A DNA stretch of 64,000 nt, taken from NCBI GenBank assembly GCA_963781585.1, contig CAWAGQ010000008.1, positions 320,001 to 384,000 of the forward strand, written 5' to 3'. Made by a program: the position numbers and the translations under genes. The stretch comes from an uncultured Gemmatimonadaceae bacterium. Its GTDB lineage: Bacteria; Gemmatimonadota; Gemmatimonadetes; Gemmatimonadales; Gemmatimonadaceae. Positions 18,842-30,090 of this stretch are shown here, piece after piece. Under the pieces are notes generated by a model. That model made no database searches and was not told the DNA's origin. It was given only the letters and a program-made list of their open reading frames with translations. Positions within the stretch are counted from its first letter, which is position 1, and every line of letters starts with the position of its first letter.

Positions 18842-20212
18842 ATGGCAAGATTTGATGACGACACCATCGTGGCGATTGCGACGCCACCAGGGCGGGGCGC
18901 GCTAGCCGTCGTGCGGGTGAGTGGAACGCGCGCGCACGGAGTGTGCAAGGAAGTGCTGGATCCGTGGCCGGCCCAGCCGAGACGCGCTACACTCTGTGCC
19001 GTCCGGGACCCGGCCAATGGTGTGATCGACCAAGTAGTAGCCGTGGTCTACACGGCGCCGCGCTCGTTCACGGGCGAAGACGCAGTAGAGCTGACCGGGC
19101 ACGGGGGCGCTCTCTCACCCGTCGCCGTTGCAGGCCTCCTGTTGCGACGTGGTGCGCGCCAGGCTCGACCCGGAGAATTCACGCAGCGCGCCGTACTGAA
19201 CGGAAAGATGGATCTCCTGCAGGCGGAAAGTATTGCCGATCTCGTGGATGCACAGACCGAGGCGATGCGCCGGGCCGCTCTGTTTCACCTCGATGGAGGC
19301 CTGTCTGCGCGGATTGCCGCACTGCGCGCCAATCTCCTGGAACTCGAGGCGCTACTCGCCTACGAGATCGATTTCCCCGAAGAAGATGATGGTCCGGTAG
19401 CACCGGAGCGGATACAGGGCGCGATTGACTCCGTGCAACGGGAGATCAGTCGGTTACTGGCGACGGCCGGGATTGGCGAGGTGGTGCGGACCGGGGCGCT
19501 TGTAGCCATTGCCGGCCGCCCCAACGTCGGCAAGTCCTCCCTTTTCAACGCTCTCATCGGCCACCAGCGGGCCATCGTCACGGATATTCCTGGAACAACG
19601 AGGGACGCGCTGGAGGCCGTGATCGAGAGCAACGGATGGCCGCTTCGGCTGGTTGACACCGCTGGACTCCGGGATACCCGTGATATCGTGGAGCGGGAGG
19701 GAGTGCAGGTGAGTCGGCGGTACCTGAATACGGCGCACGTTGCGCTAGTCTGTGACGACGACGCTGACCAACTGCCGTCAAGCGTCGCCACCGTGCGAAA
19801 GATGACGTCGGCGCCGATCATAGCAGTGCACACAAAGGTCGATCTCGCCGGACGCTTGCAGTCGGCTGGTACCACCGCTCAGAGCTCGGATTCGTCACTG
19901 TCGGTGAGCGTGGTAACGCGCGAGGGACTGCCGGAATTGCTCGTCGCCGTCGCACGGGTGCTTGGTGACCGCATTGGCGGCTTGCCCTTGGATGCGCCGG
20001 TCCTTACCCGGGCGCGTCATCGTGCCGGACTTGAATGTGCGGGCCTGGAGCTCGACGCGTTCCGGGAAGTCTGGCGCACCGGAGCGGTTCCGCTGGCAGT
20101 GGGCGCCGTGCATGTCCGCACCGCCACCGCCGCCGTCGATGAGCTTATTGGCGGAGTGAGCGTTGAGGATGTGTTGGAGCGTGTCTTCGCGGCCTTCTGT
20201 ATCGGAAAGTGA
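18842..20212 (+). CDS. mnmE: tRNA modification GTPase MnmE
   Basis: [32 protein letters not shown]-terminal FCIGK. Confidence 0.97.
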   Translation: MARFDDDTIVAIATPPGRGALAVVRVSGTRAHGVCKEVLDPWPAQPRRATLCAVRDPANGVIDQVVAVVYTAPRSFTGEDAVELTGHGGALSPVAVAGLLLRRGARQARPGEFTQRAVLNGKMDLLQAESIADLVDAQTEAMRRAALFHLDGGLSARIAALRANLLELEALLAYEIDFPEEDDGPVAPERIQGAIDSVQREISRLLATAGIGEVVRTGALVAIAGRPNVGKSSLFNALIGHQRAIVTDIPGTTRDALEAVIESNGWPLRLVDTAGLRDTRDIVEREGVQVSRRYLNTAHVALVCDDDADQLPSSVATVRKMTSAPIIAVHTKVDLAGRLQSAGTTAQSSDSSLSVSVVTREGLPELLVAVARVLGDRIGGLPLDAPVLTRARHRAGLECAGLELDAFREVWRTGAVPLAVGAVHVRTATAAVDELIGGVSVEDVLERVFAAFCIGK

Positions 20213-20255
20213 GCTCGCGGCAGAGACGCCCGGAGCGCGGCAGGCACCGCCCCGG

Positions 20256-21194
20256 TCAGGCGGAAGCCGCTGCCGACTCGGAAATGTCCAGCAGTTCCTG
20301 CGCACTGGCTCTAACGGCCCAGGCAGCGCCGCGCGCGTCGATGGCGTCGGCCACCATTCGTGCCCCAATGAAGTAACCGGCGCGTTCGGGAATAACCACG
20401 CGTTCGACCGTGCGCGCTTCATCACTCATGCCGCCAGACAGATAGCGTAGGCGCAAGCCGAGGGCAGCGTGATTGAGATCTGCCGCAATGGCGCGCGTCA
20501 CCATGGGCTCCAGCTCCCGGACTCTGGCGTAGAGGCGGCGGCCGTAGCCAAAATACTCCCAGACGGCGTGGCCAGGGCGTGCCAATCTGGAGATCTCCAC
20601 TGCCAGGCCCTCGTTCACCAGATGCTCGCGCAGTGTTACGCGGCGTCCGGTCTCCCAGTACGAGTAATACCCATCAGCATCGTCGATTGCCGCACGGAGT
20701 TCACTCCGGCTTGACGGCGAGGTATAGCGCACGGCGTGCGCGATCTCATGGGCGAGCCAGAGCGGGACGAGCTCAGGGTCGAGACCCAAGCCCTGAGTTT
20801 CGGGATTGGCAACCCCGGTGAAATGTTCAAGACAGACGAAGGCCATGCCGCGCCCGGCAACGACGAGTTCTCCGGCGTTGGCCGCGCCAACCCCAACCAT
20901 CAGCAGGACATCGACATCGACATCGACATCGAGCAGGTGAGTGCATCGTTCCTCGGCCTCGCGGGCGAGGGACACAACGTCCGTGCGCTCGAGCATCGCG
21001 AGCAGGTCCGAACGATCCGCGAGCGCAGCCATTCGAACGACGTCGTTGAAGTGGGCGCTATCGGGATCGAGGACGTAATTGTGCCAATACGCCGCCAGGC
21101 GATGCCGATGAGTTTCGAAGTAGCGATGATACGCGGCGACTCGATCAGAGCTGTTGAGGACTGCGAGGAAGTCCGGCAGCAGGTTGACGAGCAT
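20256..21194 (-). CDS. Putative Zn-dependent metalloprotease (DUF2268-like)
   Basis: HEIAH (HExxH), downstream NEGLA, GYFIG. Confidence 0.65.
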   Translation of the reverse strand: MLVNLLPDFLAVLNSSDRVAAYHRYFETHRHRLAAYWHNYVLDPDSAHFNDVVRMAALADRSDLLAMLERTDVVSLAREAEERCTHLLDVDVDVDVLLMVGVGAANAGELVVAGRGMAFVCLEHFTGVANPETQGLGLDPELVPLWLAHEIAHAVRYTSPSSRSELRAAIDDADGYYSYWETGRRVTLREHLVNEGLAVEISRLARPGHAVWEYFGYGRRLYARVRELEPMVTRAIAADLNHAALGLRLRYLSGGMSDEARTVERVVIPERAGYFIGARMVADAIDARGAAWAVRASAQELLDISESAAASA

Positions 21195-21303
21195 CAACGA
21201 TCCGGGCGCGAGTGAGCGGCGCAGTGTGTCGCGAATCGCGCGGCAAGATAGTCTCGCTCAGTTGCTCCTACAAGAGAGAATTCTGCGACATGCGTTCCGG
21301 TGT

Positions 21304-21951
21304 TCACCGCGTGCCGAACAAACGATCACCAGCATCGCCCAAACCCGGCAGAATGTAACCGTGCGAGTTGAGCTCACGGTCGAGCGCGGCCGTGAGCACG
21401 TGGACATCCGGGTGATCCTGACGCATGCGTGCGACACCCTCGGGGGCGGCGACGAGACAAAGGAAGCGAATGCGAAACCCACCGGCCCGTTTCAAGGAAG
21501 TCACGGCTGCTGCCGCGCTGCCTCCCGTGGCCAACATCGGGTCGAGTACGAGGAAGTCTCGTTCTGCAGCATCGCCAGGGACCTTGAAGTAGTAGTCTAC
21601 GGGCTGCAGCGTGTCGTGATCGCGGTACAGGCCGATGTGACCTACTCGTGCCGAGGGCACGAGCCGCAACACTCCCTCGACCATCCCCAATCCCGCGCGG
21701 AGAATCGGTACCAGCGTCAGCTTCTTGCCACTGACGCGCCATCCCCGGGTTGTTTCGAGTGGCGTCTCGACCGAGACCGGCTCGAGCGGGAGTCCGCTCG
21801 TGGCCTCGTAGGCCAGGAGCATTGCGAGCTCCTCGACAAGCTCCTTGAAGATCTTCGTGGGTGTGGTGCGGTCGCGAAGGAGCGTGAGTTTGTGCTGAAC
21901 GAGTGGGTGCGCGACGATAGTCAGGTTGGAGAATGCAGGGGTGGTGGCCAT
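21304..21951 (-). CDS. upp: Uracil phosphoribosyltransferase
   Basis: [42 protein letters not shown]. Confidence 0.98.
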   Translation of the reverse strand: MATTPAFSNLTIVAHPLVQHKLTLLRDRTTPTKIFKELVEELAMLLAYEATSGLPLEPVSVETPLETTRGWRVSGKKLTLVPILRAGLGMVEGVLRLVPSARVGHIGLYRDHDTLQPVDYYFKVPGDAAERDFLVLDPMLATGGSAAAAVTSLKRAGGFRIRFLCLVAAPEGVARMRQDHPDVHVLTAALDRELNSHGYILPGLGDAGDRLFGTR

Positions 21952-21978
21952 GAGCGGCAAGGTACTATCTTCGCGCCC

Positions 21979-22155
21979 ATGAAAGAATATCAGGCCGTGA
22001 TCCAGCGGATCACACGCCGCGCGCGAGAGGACGAGGATGCGCTAACGGACCTGCTAAACGAACGTATTCGAAGCGGTTGGGAGCCCGTGATGATGGCGCA
22101 GGACGACCAGCGACTCACCATCATCTTTCAGCGCGAGACTGAATCGGACTACTAG
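21979..22155 (+). CDS. Small hypothetical protein (DUF4177-like)
   Basis: MKEYQAV...[16 protein letters not shown]...IIFQRE pattern; stop abuts the next start. Confidence 0.65.
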   Translation: MKEYQAVIQRITRRAREDEDALTDLLNERIRSGWEPVMMAQDDQRLTIIFQRETESDY

Positions 22156-23538
22156 GTGGAGCTAATCTTCTCGGGTGCGGATCGCGAGGTGACGGGTTCG
22201 TGTCACCTCGTTCGCGTCAGCGGAGTCACGGTGGCGCTCGACTGCGGTCTCTTTCAGGGGAAGCGCGGCGAGGCAGATGCGAAGAACAGGGTGCTCCCCC
22301 TTCCCATGGGAGAACTTGATGCCATCGTCCTGTCCCACGCCCACATCGACCATTCAGGTCGGCTACCGTTCCTCGCGCACGAGGGGTACAGCAACAGCAG
22401 CTGGGCGACGGCGGCCACGCGGGATCTATGCGCCTACATGCTAATGGACTCGGCCCATATCCAAGAGAAGGACGCCGAGTATCTGGAGCGCAAGAACAGG
22501 CCTTTTGCAGCTCCACTGTACACCACTGCGGACGTGCCGGTTGTCCTGAAGCACATGATCGGCGTGCCATATCACCACACGTTCGATGTCGTGCCTGGTA
22601 TTAGGGCAACGTTTATCGACGCAGGGCACATTCTCGGCTCGGCGTCGGTCGTGCTTGACTGCTCGGAGAACGGCAACTCTCGCCGATTGGCGTTCTCGGG
22701 CGACATCGGCCGAGCAGGGCTCCCGATTATCCGAAACCCGGAATTGCCGGAAGATGTCGACGTTGTGGTCATGGAGTCGACATACGGCAATCGGGACCAT
22801 GAACCCGTACAAGACGCTCGGCAGCGACTTGGCGAGATCGTAAGCACGACCGCGGCACGAGGTGGGCGTGTCCTGATACCCGCGTTCGCCGTCGGACGTA
22901 CCCAAGAGATACTGTACGACCTCCACGCTCTCGTCCGCGCGGGCCAGGTTCCGTCGCTTCCGATCTACGTCGACAGCCCGCTGGCAATCGATGCGACATC
23001 CGTGTTCGAGCTCCACCCGGATGCCTTCGACAGGGGTGAAGCCTTGGTGCAACAGGTGCAACAGCTGTTTCGCTTCGAACTCGTTAGCTATACACGTGAT
23101 GCAGAGGAGTCGAAGGCGTTGAACCACCTGCGCGGGCCGATGGTAATCATCGCTGCGTCCGGTATGGCGGAGTCAGGGCGCATTCTGCATCACCTGTTCC
23201 ACGGTGCATCCGATCCCCGAAACACGGTACTGATCGTTGGTTTTCAGGCTGAACATACGCTCGGTCGCCGCATCGTTGAGCGGAGACCTACCATCAAGGT
23301 CTTCGGAGAGGAAATCCCTTTACGCGCACAAGTAGAAGTGCTGAACGGCTATAGCGCACACGCGGATCGGCGCGAACTCGTAGCTTGGGCTGAAGGAGTA
23401 CGCAAGACTTCTCCACGGCTCCACCATGTGCATCTCGTTCACGGTGAACCGGCGGCGCAGGAAGGTTTGAGCGACCTCCTCCGCGCACGCGGATTCGCCG
23501 TAAATGCTCCAGCCCGAGGTGAGCGGGCGACGTTCTGA
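22156..23538 (+). CDS. Metallo-beta-lactamase/beta-CASP ribonuclease
   Basis: SHAHIDHSG, AGHILGS, FSGD, MESTYG, PAFAVGRTQE, YSAHAD, LVHGE. Confidence 0.94.
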   Translation: MELIFSGADREVTGSCHLVRVSGVTVALDCGLFQGKRGEADAKNRVLPLPMGELDAIVLSHAHIDHSGRLPFLAHEGYSNSSWATAATRDLCAYMLMDSAHIQEKDAEYLERKNRPFAAPLYTTADVPVVLKHMIGVPYHHTFDVVPGIRATFIDAGHILGSASVVLDCSENGNSRRLAFSGDIGRAGLPIIRNPELPEDVDVVVMESTYGNRDHEPVQDARQRLGEIVSTTAARGGRVLIPAFAVGRTQEILYDLHALVRAGQVPSLPIYVDSPLAIDATSVFELHPDAFDRGEALVQQVQQLFRFELVSYTRDAEESKALNHLRGPMVIIAASGMAESGRILHHLFHGASDPRNTVLIVGFQAEHTLGRRIVERRPTIKVFGEEIPLRAQVEVLNGYSAHADRRELVAWAEGVRKTSPRLHHVHLVHGEPAAQEGLSDLLRARGFAVNAPARGERATF

Positions 23539-23665
23539 TGCGCCCCTCCGGAGCTGCTACGCGGAAGACAATTACTGGTTTGTCTTCCAATGCTCGCGGA
23601 CGCCATGCGGGCCAGCGGGCGTGCCATGACCACCGCCCGTGCGACAGGTCGATGTCCTCAGTTCG

Positions 23666-24301
23666 ATGTCATTGAAGCCATTGGGAGAGGCTCAGCCGAC
23701 ACGTGGCCGCACCAAGCTTCTGTCGGTGCTAGGGGCCGGTGGGGCAGCCGCGTGGCTGCTTAGCCTTGGGGCCGTGGTGGTGTGGGGGTCGCGCGATGGA
23801 GCCGTTCCTGCGGATGCGATCGTCGTCATGGGAGCGGCGCAATATGCCGGTCGCCCCTCTCCGGTTCTGAAGGCGCGGCTCGATCATGCCGTTGCGCTCT
23901 GGAAGCGTGGTCTCGCGCACTGGCTGATTCTCACTGGCGGAACCGGCCTCGGGGACACCACCAGCGAGGCAGCGGTCAGCCGCCGCTACGCCATGCGGCA
24001 GGGCATACCGGATAGCGTTCTGCTCCTCGAAAGCCATGGACGAACCACAGATGCATCCCTTGCTGCCGTCGCCGACATCATGCGCAGCCACCACCTGGTT
24101 CGAGCGATCCTCGTGAGCGACCCGTTCCACATGCTTCGGCTTCAGATCCTTTCCCGACGATGGGGATTCGACTGCGTGACGTCGCCTACCCGCACGAGCC
24201 CGATCTCCGCCAGTTGGACCAGAGCGCTGGGCTACGTGATGAGCGAGTCCATCAAGGTGCCGGTCGCAGCTATTCTCGGAGTGCTGCAGGGTCATGTCTG
24301 A
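23666..24301 (+). CDS. YdcF/DUF218 family membrane protein
   Basis: DAIVVMGA, ARLDHA, TGG, SEA, VSDPFHMLR. Confidence 0.88.
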   Translation: MSLKPLGEAQPTRGRTKLLSVLGAGGAAAWLLSLGAVVVWGSRDGAVPADAIVVMGAAQYAGRPSPVLKARLDHAVALWKRGLAHWLILTGGTGLGDTTSEAAVSRRYAMRQGIPDSVLLLESHGRTTDASLAAVADIMRSHHLVRAILVSDPFHMLRLQILSRRWGFDCVTSPTRTSPISASWTRALGYVMSESIKVPVAAILGVLQGHV

Positions 24302-24319
24302 GCCCGCGGCCGATTCACG

Positions 24320-25024
24320 TTGTCCAGCGACGCCGGTGGGGTGTCCATCGTGACCGACTTCGCTCGCCGGCACGTGCGCGAGGCACCGTCCGCCCGGACC
24401 GTACTGAGTGTGGCCGTACTGGGCGTACTCTCCCTTGTTGCCGTCAGCTCAGTCAGTTCAGCGCAAAGTACGCCGGGGCCGATCTTCCGTCTCGAGCCAG
24501 GGCTGATGACTGGAGATTTCGTCTCCGCACCGTCGGGGGTCGCGTCTACAACGGGCTTCAACGTCCGGTTCGAGACGCGGCTGCCGACGACACATCGCTG
24601 GCTGACACCGGTTGTCGGCGCCTCGATCACGCCATATGGAACGAGTGGGATCACGAATCGAAGGCGGAATGCACCGTTGTTGTTCGTGGGCAATGTACTT
24701 CCGCTCATTCCAGCAAAGCGGACAGCGGGATGGGCGACGGTCGAAGTCCCACTCCTCTTGTACTATTCGTACGGTGGGGGCGGCGCCCACAATAGTCGCC
24801 TCTACGGGCGTGATCTGTTCCTGCAGATCGCGGCACACGTTCATGTGGGTCAGAAGATGCTCGATGACCTGGGGGCATTCTGGTCTAAGGTCGACGCGTA
24901 CGCGTTCCTCGAGCAGACCATGACGCCCAACCGCGACAGCGTGACGAGACGTCTCGATCGCTTCAACCCCGTTGCGCTCATTGGTTTGTCCATGCCATTC
25001 GGCGCGACGAGCTCTGCCCGATGA
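24320..25024 (+). CDS. Hypothetical exported protein
   Basis: Signal-peptide-like segment; ATGA overlap with the next gene. Confidence 0.6.
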   Translation: MSSDAGGVSIVTDFARRHVREAPSARTVLSVAVLGVLSLVAVSSVSSAQSTPGPIFRLEPGLMTGDFVSAPSGVASTTGFNVRFETRLPTTHRWLTPVVGASITPYGTSGITNRRRNAPLLFVGNVLPLIPAKRTAGWATVEVPLLLYYSYGGGGAHNSRLYGRDLFLQIAAHVHVGQKMLDDLGAFWSKVDAYAFLEQTMTPNRDSVTRRLDRFNPVALIGLSMPFGATSSAR

Positions 25025-26310
25025 CCATCCACGCGTTCCACATCCCGCTCGATGCAGTGCGTCTTGGGAACGGTCTCCGCGTCGTCTTTTCCCAGGATCG
25101 TACCGTCCCGGTCGTCGCTGTGAATCTGTGGTATCATGTTGGATCAGCTAACGAAGGTCCAGGTCGGACGGGCTTCGCCCATTTGTTTGAGCACATGCTG
25201 TTTCAGGGCTCGGCGCACGTCGCCGCAAACGAGCATTTCGAGCTGGTGCAGCGAGCTGGCGGCACGCTGAACGGATCTACCTGGCTAGATCGGACCAACT
25301 ATTTCGAGACGGTTCCAGCGAATCATCTGGAGTTGGCGCTCTGGCTCGAAGCGGACAGGATGGGCGCACTTCTGCCAGCGATGACGCAGGCCAAGCTGGA
25401 TACCCAGCGCGAGGTGGTGAAGAACGAACGGCGCTGGACCGTGGACAATCAGCCTTATGGCACATGGTGGGAGAAGCTGCCGGCTCTCTGCTTCCCAATT
25501 GAACACCCGTTCCATCACTCGCTTATCGGGTCAATGGAAGATCTGTCGGCAGCGAGTCTCGAAGATGTCGCCGCCTTTTTCCGACTGTACTACACACCCG
25601 ACAACGCCGTCCTGACCCTGGCCGGAGACTTCGACCGGGGAGAAGCGGAAGCCCTCGTCCGCAAGCACTTTGGGCCGATTCCTTACGGAACAGGTAAGCC
25701 GCCAATGCCGCCCATGCACCTGCCCGAAGTCTTTGGCGACTGGCGAAGGGAGATCGTGCCAGACAGCGTCGTCGTCCCCCGCCTGTTCATGGCGTTCCGA
25801 TCATCAGTATTCGGCAGCCGGTCGTACCATGCCGCGAGCCTGTGTGCCGCCGTACTCGGTGGTCAGCGAGGAAGTCGCCTATATCGCATGCTCGTGCGCG
25901 AGAAGCAGGTGGCTTCGTCCGCGACCGCGTTCACTTTTGATCTCGCGGTAGCGCGCGACCTGCTGATTGTCGACGTGACGGCCCGTCCCGGAGTGAGCGC
26001 CGTGGAGCTCGAGGCGGCCGTGGCTGAAGTCGTGGACGAACTCCGACGGGAGGGCCCTACGCCGGCAGAACTGGAACGCGCGCGATCTCTTCTCGGGACC
26101 GAATTTGCCAATGCGCTGCAAAGCGCTGGAGAGCGTGCCGATCGTTTGTCTCAGTTCACGACCTATCTTGGGGATCCTGGGATAATCAACGACCACATCG
26201 CGCGCTACCACGAGGTACGGGTGGAGGACGTCAGCCTCTTTGCCGCGACGCGCCTTGGCCCGAACAATCGGGCCAGCCTCCTGTACGTTCCTCGCCCAGG
26301 CGAGGACTGA
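25021..26310 (+). CDS. M16 family zinc peptidase, catalytic subunit
   Basis: GFAHLFEHM (HxxEH), NGSTWLDRTNY, VVKNERR. Confidence 0.95.
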   Translation: MTIHAFHIPLDAVRLGNGLRVVFSQDRTVPVVAVNLWYHVGSANEGPGRTGFAHLFEHMLFQGSAHVAANEHFELVQRAGGTLNGSTWLDRTNYFETVPANHLELALWLEADRMGALLPAMTQAKLDTQREVVKNERRWTVDNQPYGTWWEKLPALCFPIEHPFHHSLIGSMEDLSAASLEDVAAFFRLYYTPDNAVLTLAGDFDRGEAEALVRKHFGPIPYGTGKPPMPPMHLPEVFGDWRREIVPDSVVVPRLFMAFRSSVFGSRSYHAASLCAAVLGGQRGSRLYRMLVREKQVASSATAFTFDLAVARDLLIVDVTARPGVSAVELEAAVAEVVDELRREGPTPAELERARSLLGTEFANALQSAGERADRLSQFTTYLGDPGIINDHIARYHEVRVEDVSLFAATRLGPNNRASLLYVPRPGED

Positions 26311-26312
26311 TT

Positions 26313-27719
26313 TTGGGAACGCAGGACGGCAGCTCTGCAGGCGATTCGGTCTCTCCACGACCAACGGCGGCTCCGCCTCGTCCGTACCAGTTCCCACAGT
26401 TCACGCGACATGTGCTGCCGAACGGAATCGTGCTGCTGGTCGCACCTCTCGCTCGCTTGCCGTTGGTCACCGTCCGTCTTCTCATCGATGCTGGCGCGAG
26501 CGCTGAATCCCCGCAGGCTGCTGGAACCGCTGTGCTCACGGTACGCGCGTTAGCCGAGGGGACACTGCGGCTCGCTGGCGCCGCACTGGCAGAGGAGTTT
26601 GAGCGACTCGGCGGCGCTCTTGACGTGTCGGCAAGCTGGGATGGAGCGCATCTGTCCACAACAGTTCTCCGGCAGCGCTTCGAGCAAGTACTGGCATTGC
26701 TCGGCGAAGTGCTGCTGACCCCGTCATTCTTGGCGCGCGAAGTCGAGCGCCTGCGAGCGGAACGACTCGCCGAGTTGATCGAACTGGAGGCCGAACCCCG
26801 CGGTCTTGCGGATCAGCTCTTTTCATCATTCGTCTATTCCGCCGCAAGCCGCTTTTGCGTGCCCGAAGGAGGCTCGCCGGAGACCGTGCGGGCCGTGACC
26901 GATGCTATGATGCACTCGTTCTACGAAACACACTTCCGCCCTGATGTCACGACAGTGGTTGTTGTGGGTGATGTGTCGGCGGGCGAGGCGTTGCGTGGCG
27001 TGGAATCCGTGTTTGGTGCCTGGGGCGGACATCCTGCGCCGCGGCCAGCGATTGTGGTCGCGCCAGCCTACCAGCAGAGGGCCGTCCATGTGATCGCCCG
27101 ATCCGGGGCGCCACAATCAGAGCTCCGCGTGGGTCACATTGGAATCCCCCGGCGCCATCCAGACTATTTCAGCGTGGTGGTGTTGAACGCAATCCTAGGG
27201 GGCGTTTTCAATTCGCGTGTTAACATGAATCTGCGGGAACGCCACGGATTTACCTACGGTGCCTTCTCATCGTTTGAGTGGCGTCGTGCAGCCGGGCCGT
27301 TCACCATCTCCACGGCTGTCGCTACTGATGTAACCGCGCGCGCCGTGGTCGAAATAATTCGCGAAGTCGACATCATCCAAGGCGAGCCACCATCGCCCGA
27401 GGAGCTGTCCCATGTCCAATCATTCCTGGAAGGCGTCTTTCCGATTCGATTCGAGACTACGGAAGCAATAGCAGCCGCGCTCTCGGTCCTGCGCGCATTT
27501 GACCTTCCGGATGACTACTACGATTCCTACCGGGCCCGGATTGATGCTGTGACTGCCACCGACGTCGAGCAAGCCGCGCGAAGACATCTTCACCAGGATC
27601 TACTGCAGATTGTTGCAGTCGGTGATCCCTCGCGCATTGGTCCGGACCTCGAAGGCCTCGATCTAGGCCCCGTAACGTACTGCGACCCGGACGGGACCCC
27701 GGCACACCAAATCCTCTAG
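26313..27719 (+). CDS. M16 family peptidase, non-catalytic partner subunit
   Basis: No HxxEH; LGGVFNSRVNMNLRERHGFTYG (R/Y motif). Confidence 0.92.
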   Translation: MGTQDGSSAGDSVSPRPTAAPPRPYQFPQFTRHVLPNGIVLLVAPLARLPLVTVRLLIDAGASAESPQAAGTAVLTVRALAEGTLRLAGAALAEEFERLGGALDVSASWDGAHLSTTVLRQRFEQVLALLGEVLLTPSFLAREVERLRAERLAELIELEAEPRGLADQLFSSFVYSAASRFCVPEGGSPETVRAVTDAMMHSFYETHFRPDVTTVVVVGDVSAGEALRGVESVFGAWGGHPAPRPAIVVAPAYQQRAVHVIARSGAPQSELRVGHIGIPRRHPDYFSVVVLNAILGGVFNSRVNMNLRERHGFTYGAFSSFEWRRAAGPFTISTAVATDVTARAVVEIIREVDIIQGEPPSPEELSHVQSFLEGVFPIRFETTEAIAAALSVLRAFDLPDDYYDSYRARIDAVTATDVEQAARRHLHQDLLQIVAVGDPSRIGPDLEGLDLGPVTYCDPDGTPAHQIL

Positions 27720-27798
27720 GGTATTGGGCCGGAGCCGCTGCAGTCTTCTGGATCCGCGCGCCCGCCGCAGACCGCCAACTCTACATCAGGAGCAACGA

Positions 27799-28350
27799 GT
27801 GCCAGAGAGCCCTCGCGTCGCCACTCGCCGCATGTACACCGGTAGAGTGATCAACCTCGAGATAGACACGGTGCGCTATCCGGACGGGTCAGTTGGCGAG
27901 CTGGAGATGATTCGGCATCCTGGCGCGAGCGCGATCGTACCGTTCATCACCGACCCGCAAGAAGCCGATCCAGAAATCCTGCTCCTGCGCCAGTATCGGT
28001 ACGCCGCTGAGCAGTTCCTGTACGAGATTCCGGCTGGCCGACTTCAAAATGAAGAAACTCCACTGATTTGTGCGCGCAGAGAGCTCGCTGAAGAGACCGG
28101 CTGTTCCGCCGAGCGGTTCGATCACCTCATATCGTTCTTTAGCACCCCCGGCTTTACTGACGAGCGAATACACGCGTTCATGGCAACCGGCCTTACCCTC
28201 GGAACTGTCCAACACGAGCCAGACGAGTTCATCGAAGTACTGTCGCGGCCGATGTCGGCGGTGCTGACGATGATCGGACGAGGAGAAATCACGGATGCCA
28301 AGACGGTTCTTTCGTTGCTGTACGTAGCCACCTTTCGCCCGCGGAAGTAG
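27799..28350 (+). CDS. NUDIX hydrolase (ADP-ribose pyrophosphatase-like)
   Basis: QYRY, EIPAGRL...ARRELAEETG Nudix box; SD AGGAG before GTG 27799. Confidence 0.92.
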   Translation: MPESPRVATRRMYTGRVINLEIDTVRYPDGSVGELEMIRHPGASAIVPFITDPQEADPEILLLRQYRYAAEQFLYEIPAGRLQNEETPLICARRELAEETGCSAERFDHLISFFSTPGFTDERIHAFMATGLTLGTVQHEPDEFIEVLSRPMSAVLTMIGRGEITDAKTVLSLLYVATFRPRK

Positions 28351-28463
28351 GGCTGTGCAAGGGGCGGTTCCGAAAGCGTCTTGGCTGGCAGGGGGCGGTT
28401 CACCGGTTGTCCGGTTTTGGTGTCTGCCGGTGTGTCACCAGACGGTGACAGGCCCAGAGAATC

Positions 28464-28491
28464 GGAACTTATTCCGGGGAAGTGTGGTTTA
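28464..28491 (+). promoter_or_regulatory. Candidate ECF autoregulatory promoter
   Basis: GGAACTT-16 nt-GTTTA upstream of an ECF sigma gene. Confidence 0.4.
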
Positions 28492-28655
28492 GTCCAATCC
28501 ATTGTGGCGATAGAGCTTAGGTCAGTATTCTGAAGCTGAGTTCCGCTGGGCACAGTGAGTGCCGTTACAGCTTTGCGCAGCGTACAGGGGGTACACTGTT
28601 CGAACACACCCAGTCAGCGCTCATTCAATGTTGTGGTCGCTAGGGGGATCAAACT

Positions 28656-29294
28656 ATGTCTGACGTCGCACTGAGAACGACGATTTCCTCGTCGGGCGCG
28701 GCAGTCAGGGAACAGCTGCGAAGCCTGGAGGATGGCGCCGTCGTGAGTGCCTTTCTTGCGGGCGAACAGCGCGCGTTCGAGGAACTTGTCGACCGATATC
28801 AAACCCGCTTGCTGAATTTCATTTATCGTACCACCGGTGATCGGGAGCGAGCCGAGGACCTTGTGCAGGAGGTCTTCATCAGGGTCTATCGGCACCTCCA
28901 CCGGTTCGATCGTTCGAAGAAGTTTTCGACCTGGATCTACACCATTGCGTCGAACCTTGCCAAGAACGAGCTGCGAAACCGTTCGCGGAATCCACTGGTT
29001 CTTTTTCAGACGATCAAGAGGAACTGGCAAGACGAGGACCGTCCACTCCAGTTTGAAGATCCGGCATCTCGTCCGGACGACCTGTTCAGGAAGCGGTACC
29101 TTCGCGAGCTCGTCGAGGGCTCCGTACAGAAGCTGCCCCCTCACCATCGGCAGGTCTTCGTCCTTCGAGAACTGGAAGGCAAATCGTACGAGGAGATTGC
29201 GGAGATCACGGCGTGCAACCTTGGCACCGTGAAATCCAGGCTGAATCGGGCGCGAAATGCGTTCGCGTCCATCATCGCCCCGCACTTGGAGTAG
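28656..29294 (+). CDS. ECF RNA polymerase sigma factor (RpoE-like)
   Basis: AEDLVQEVF, FSTWIYTIASN, GKSYEEIAEI...GTVKSRLNRAR. Confidence 0.95.
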   Translation: MSDVALRTTISSSGAAVREQLRSLEDGAVVSAFLAGEQRAFEELVDRYQTRLLNFIYRTTGDRERAEDLVQEVFIRVYRHLHRFDRSKKFSTWIYTIASNLAKNELRNRSRNPLVLFQTIKRNWQDEDRPLQFEDPASRPDDLFRKRYLRELVEGSVQKLPPHHRQVFVLRELEGKSYEEIAEITACNLGTVKSRLNRARNAFASIIAPHLE

Positions 29295-29499
29295 GAAGCC
29301 AGCGGGAAGGCTAAATCGACGGGCCGCGTCGGCAGCATGCTTGACGCGGCCCGTCTGATTTCACGCACCTCAACTTCCGAGGGCTGCGGCGGGTGATGAC
29401 GAAGGGACTGGACCGCTCGGGGAACCGAAGACAGGATTACCCGGAACCCGCCTGTGCAGAGCGGGTACCCCCGAACGACGTCCCACCCCCCGAGCGCCG

Positions 29500-30051
29500 A
29501 TGGACTGCCGATCGTTCAAAAGGAAGCATCTCTCGTTTGTCGATGATACCTTGTCGGGCGTCGAAACGGACGCCATGCGAGAGCACCTTGGCCTTTGCTC
29601 TGGCTGTGCCCGCCAGGATGCCGCGGTCCGTCGCGCCCTGCTGGTGCTCCGGAACCTGCCTCCAGTTGATGTATCTCCAGATTTCTCCGGACGACTGAAG
29701 CAGCGTATCGCAGTCGAGGCAGGGAGACAGCGCTCTGAACATCTGTTTCACGGGCCCAGCGTCGCCGCTTTTTTCGCCTTGGCCGGCGCCGTGGTAGCAG
29801 TGGGGATCCTGGGTATCGGTTTGGCCGACCGCGCAACACCGAATCCTCCGAGTCTGGCCGCCGTGGTCGTCGCCCCCCGAGAGATCACGCCGCGTGTCGT
29901 CGATAGCGACATCGCCGCCCCTGCTTTCGTAGCTTCGATGTCCACCGGAATTCCCGTGTGGCCGGCGCTGCTCCTGGCTGAGCAGGGCTCTTTGCGCTTC
30001 GCCACCACGGAGTTGACGCCGACTTCATACCAGTCCACCCCGCCACGGTAA
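29500..30051 (+). CDS. Zinc-binding (zf-HC2) anti-sigma factor with TM helix
   Basis: MDC...HLGLCSGC (HxxxCxxC); downstream of the ECF sigma. Confidence 0.88.
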   Translation: MDCRSFKRKHLSFVDDTLSGVETDAMREHLGLCSGCARQDAAVRRALLVLRNLPPVDVSPDFSGRLKQRIAVEAGRQRSEHLFHGPSVAAFFALAGAVVAVGILGIGLADRATPNPPSLAAVVVAPREITPRVVDSDIAAPAFVASMSTGIPVWPALLLAEQGSLRFATTELTPTSYQSTPPR

Positions 30052-30090
30052 GGGGAGGCCGCTTGGCTCCCGGAGCCCGGGGGCGCCAGC

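Noticed and set aside
20908..20931. (ACATCG)n repeat
   Set aside because: Encodes DVDVDVDV in a beta-strand; ordinary coding repeat.
21154..21978. 333-aa plus-strand ORF
   Set aside because: Antisense shadow of upp; only the last 58 aa look like a real gene.
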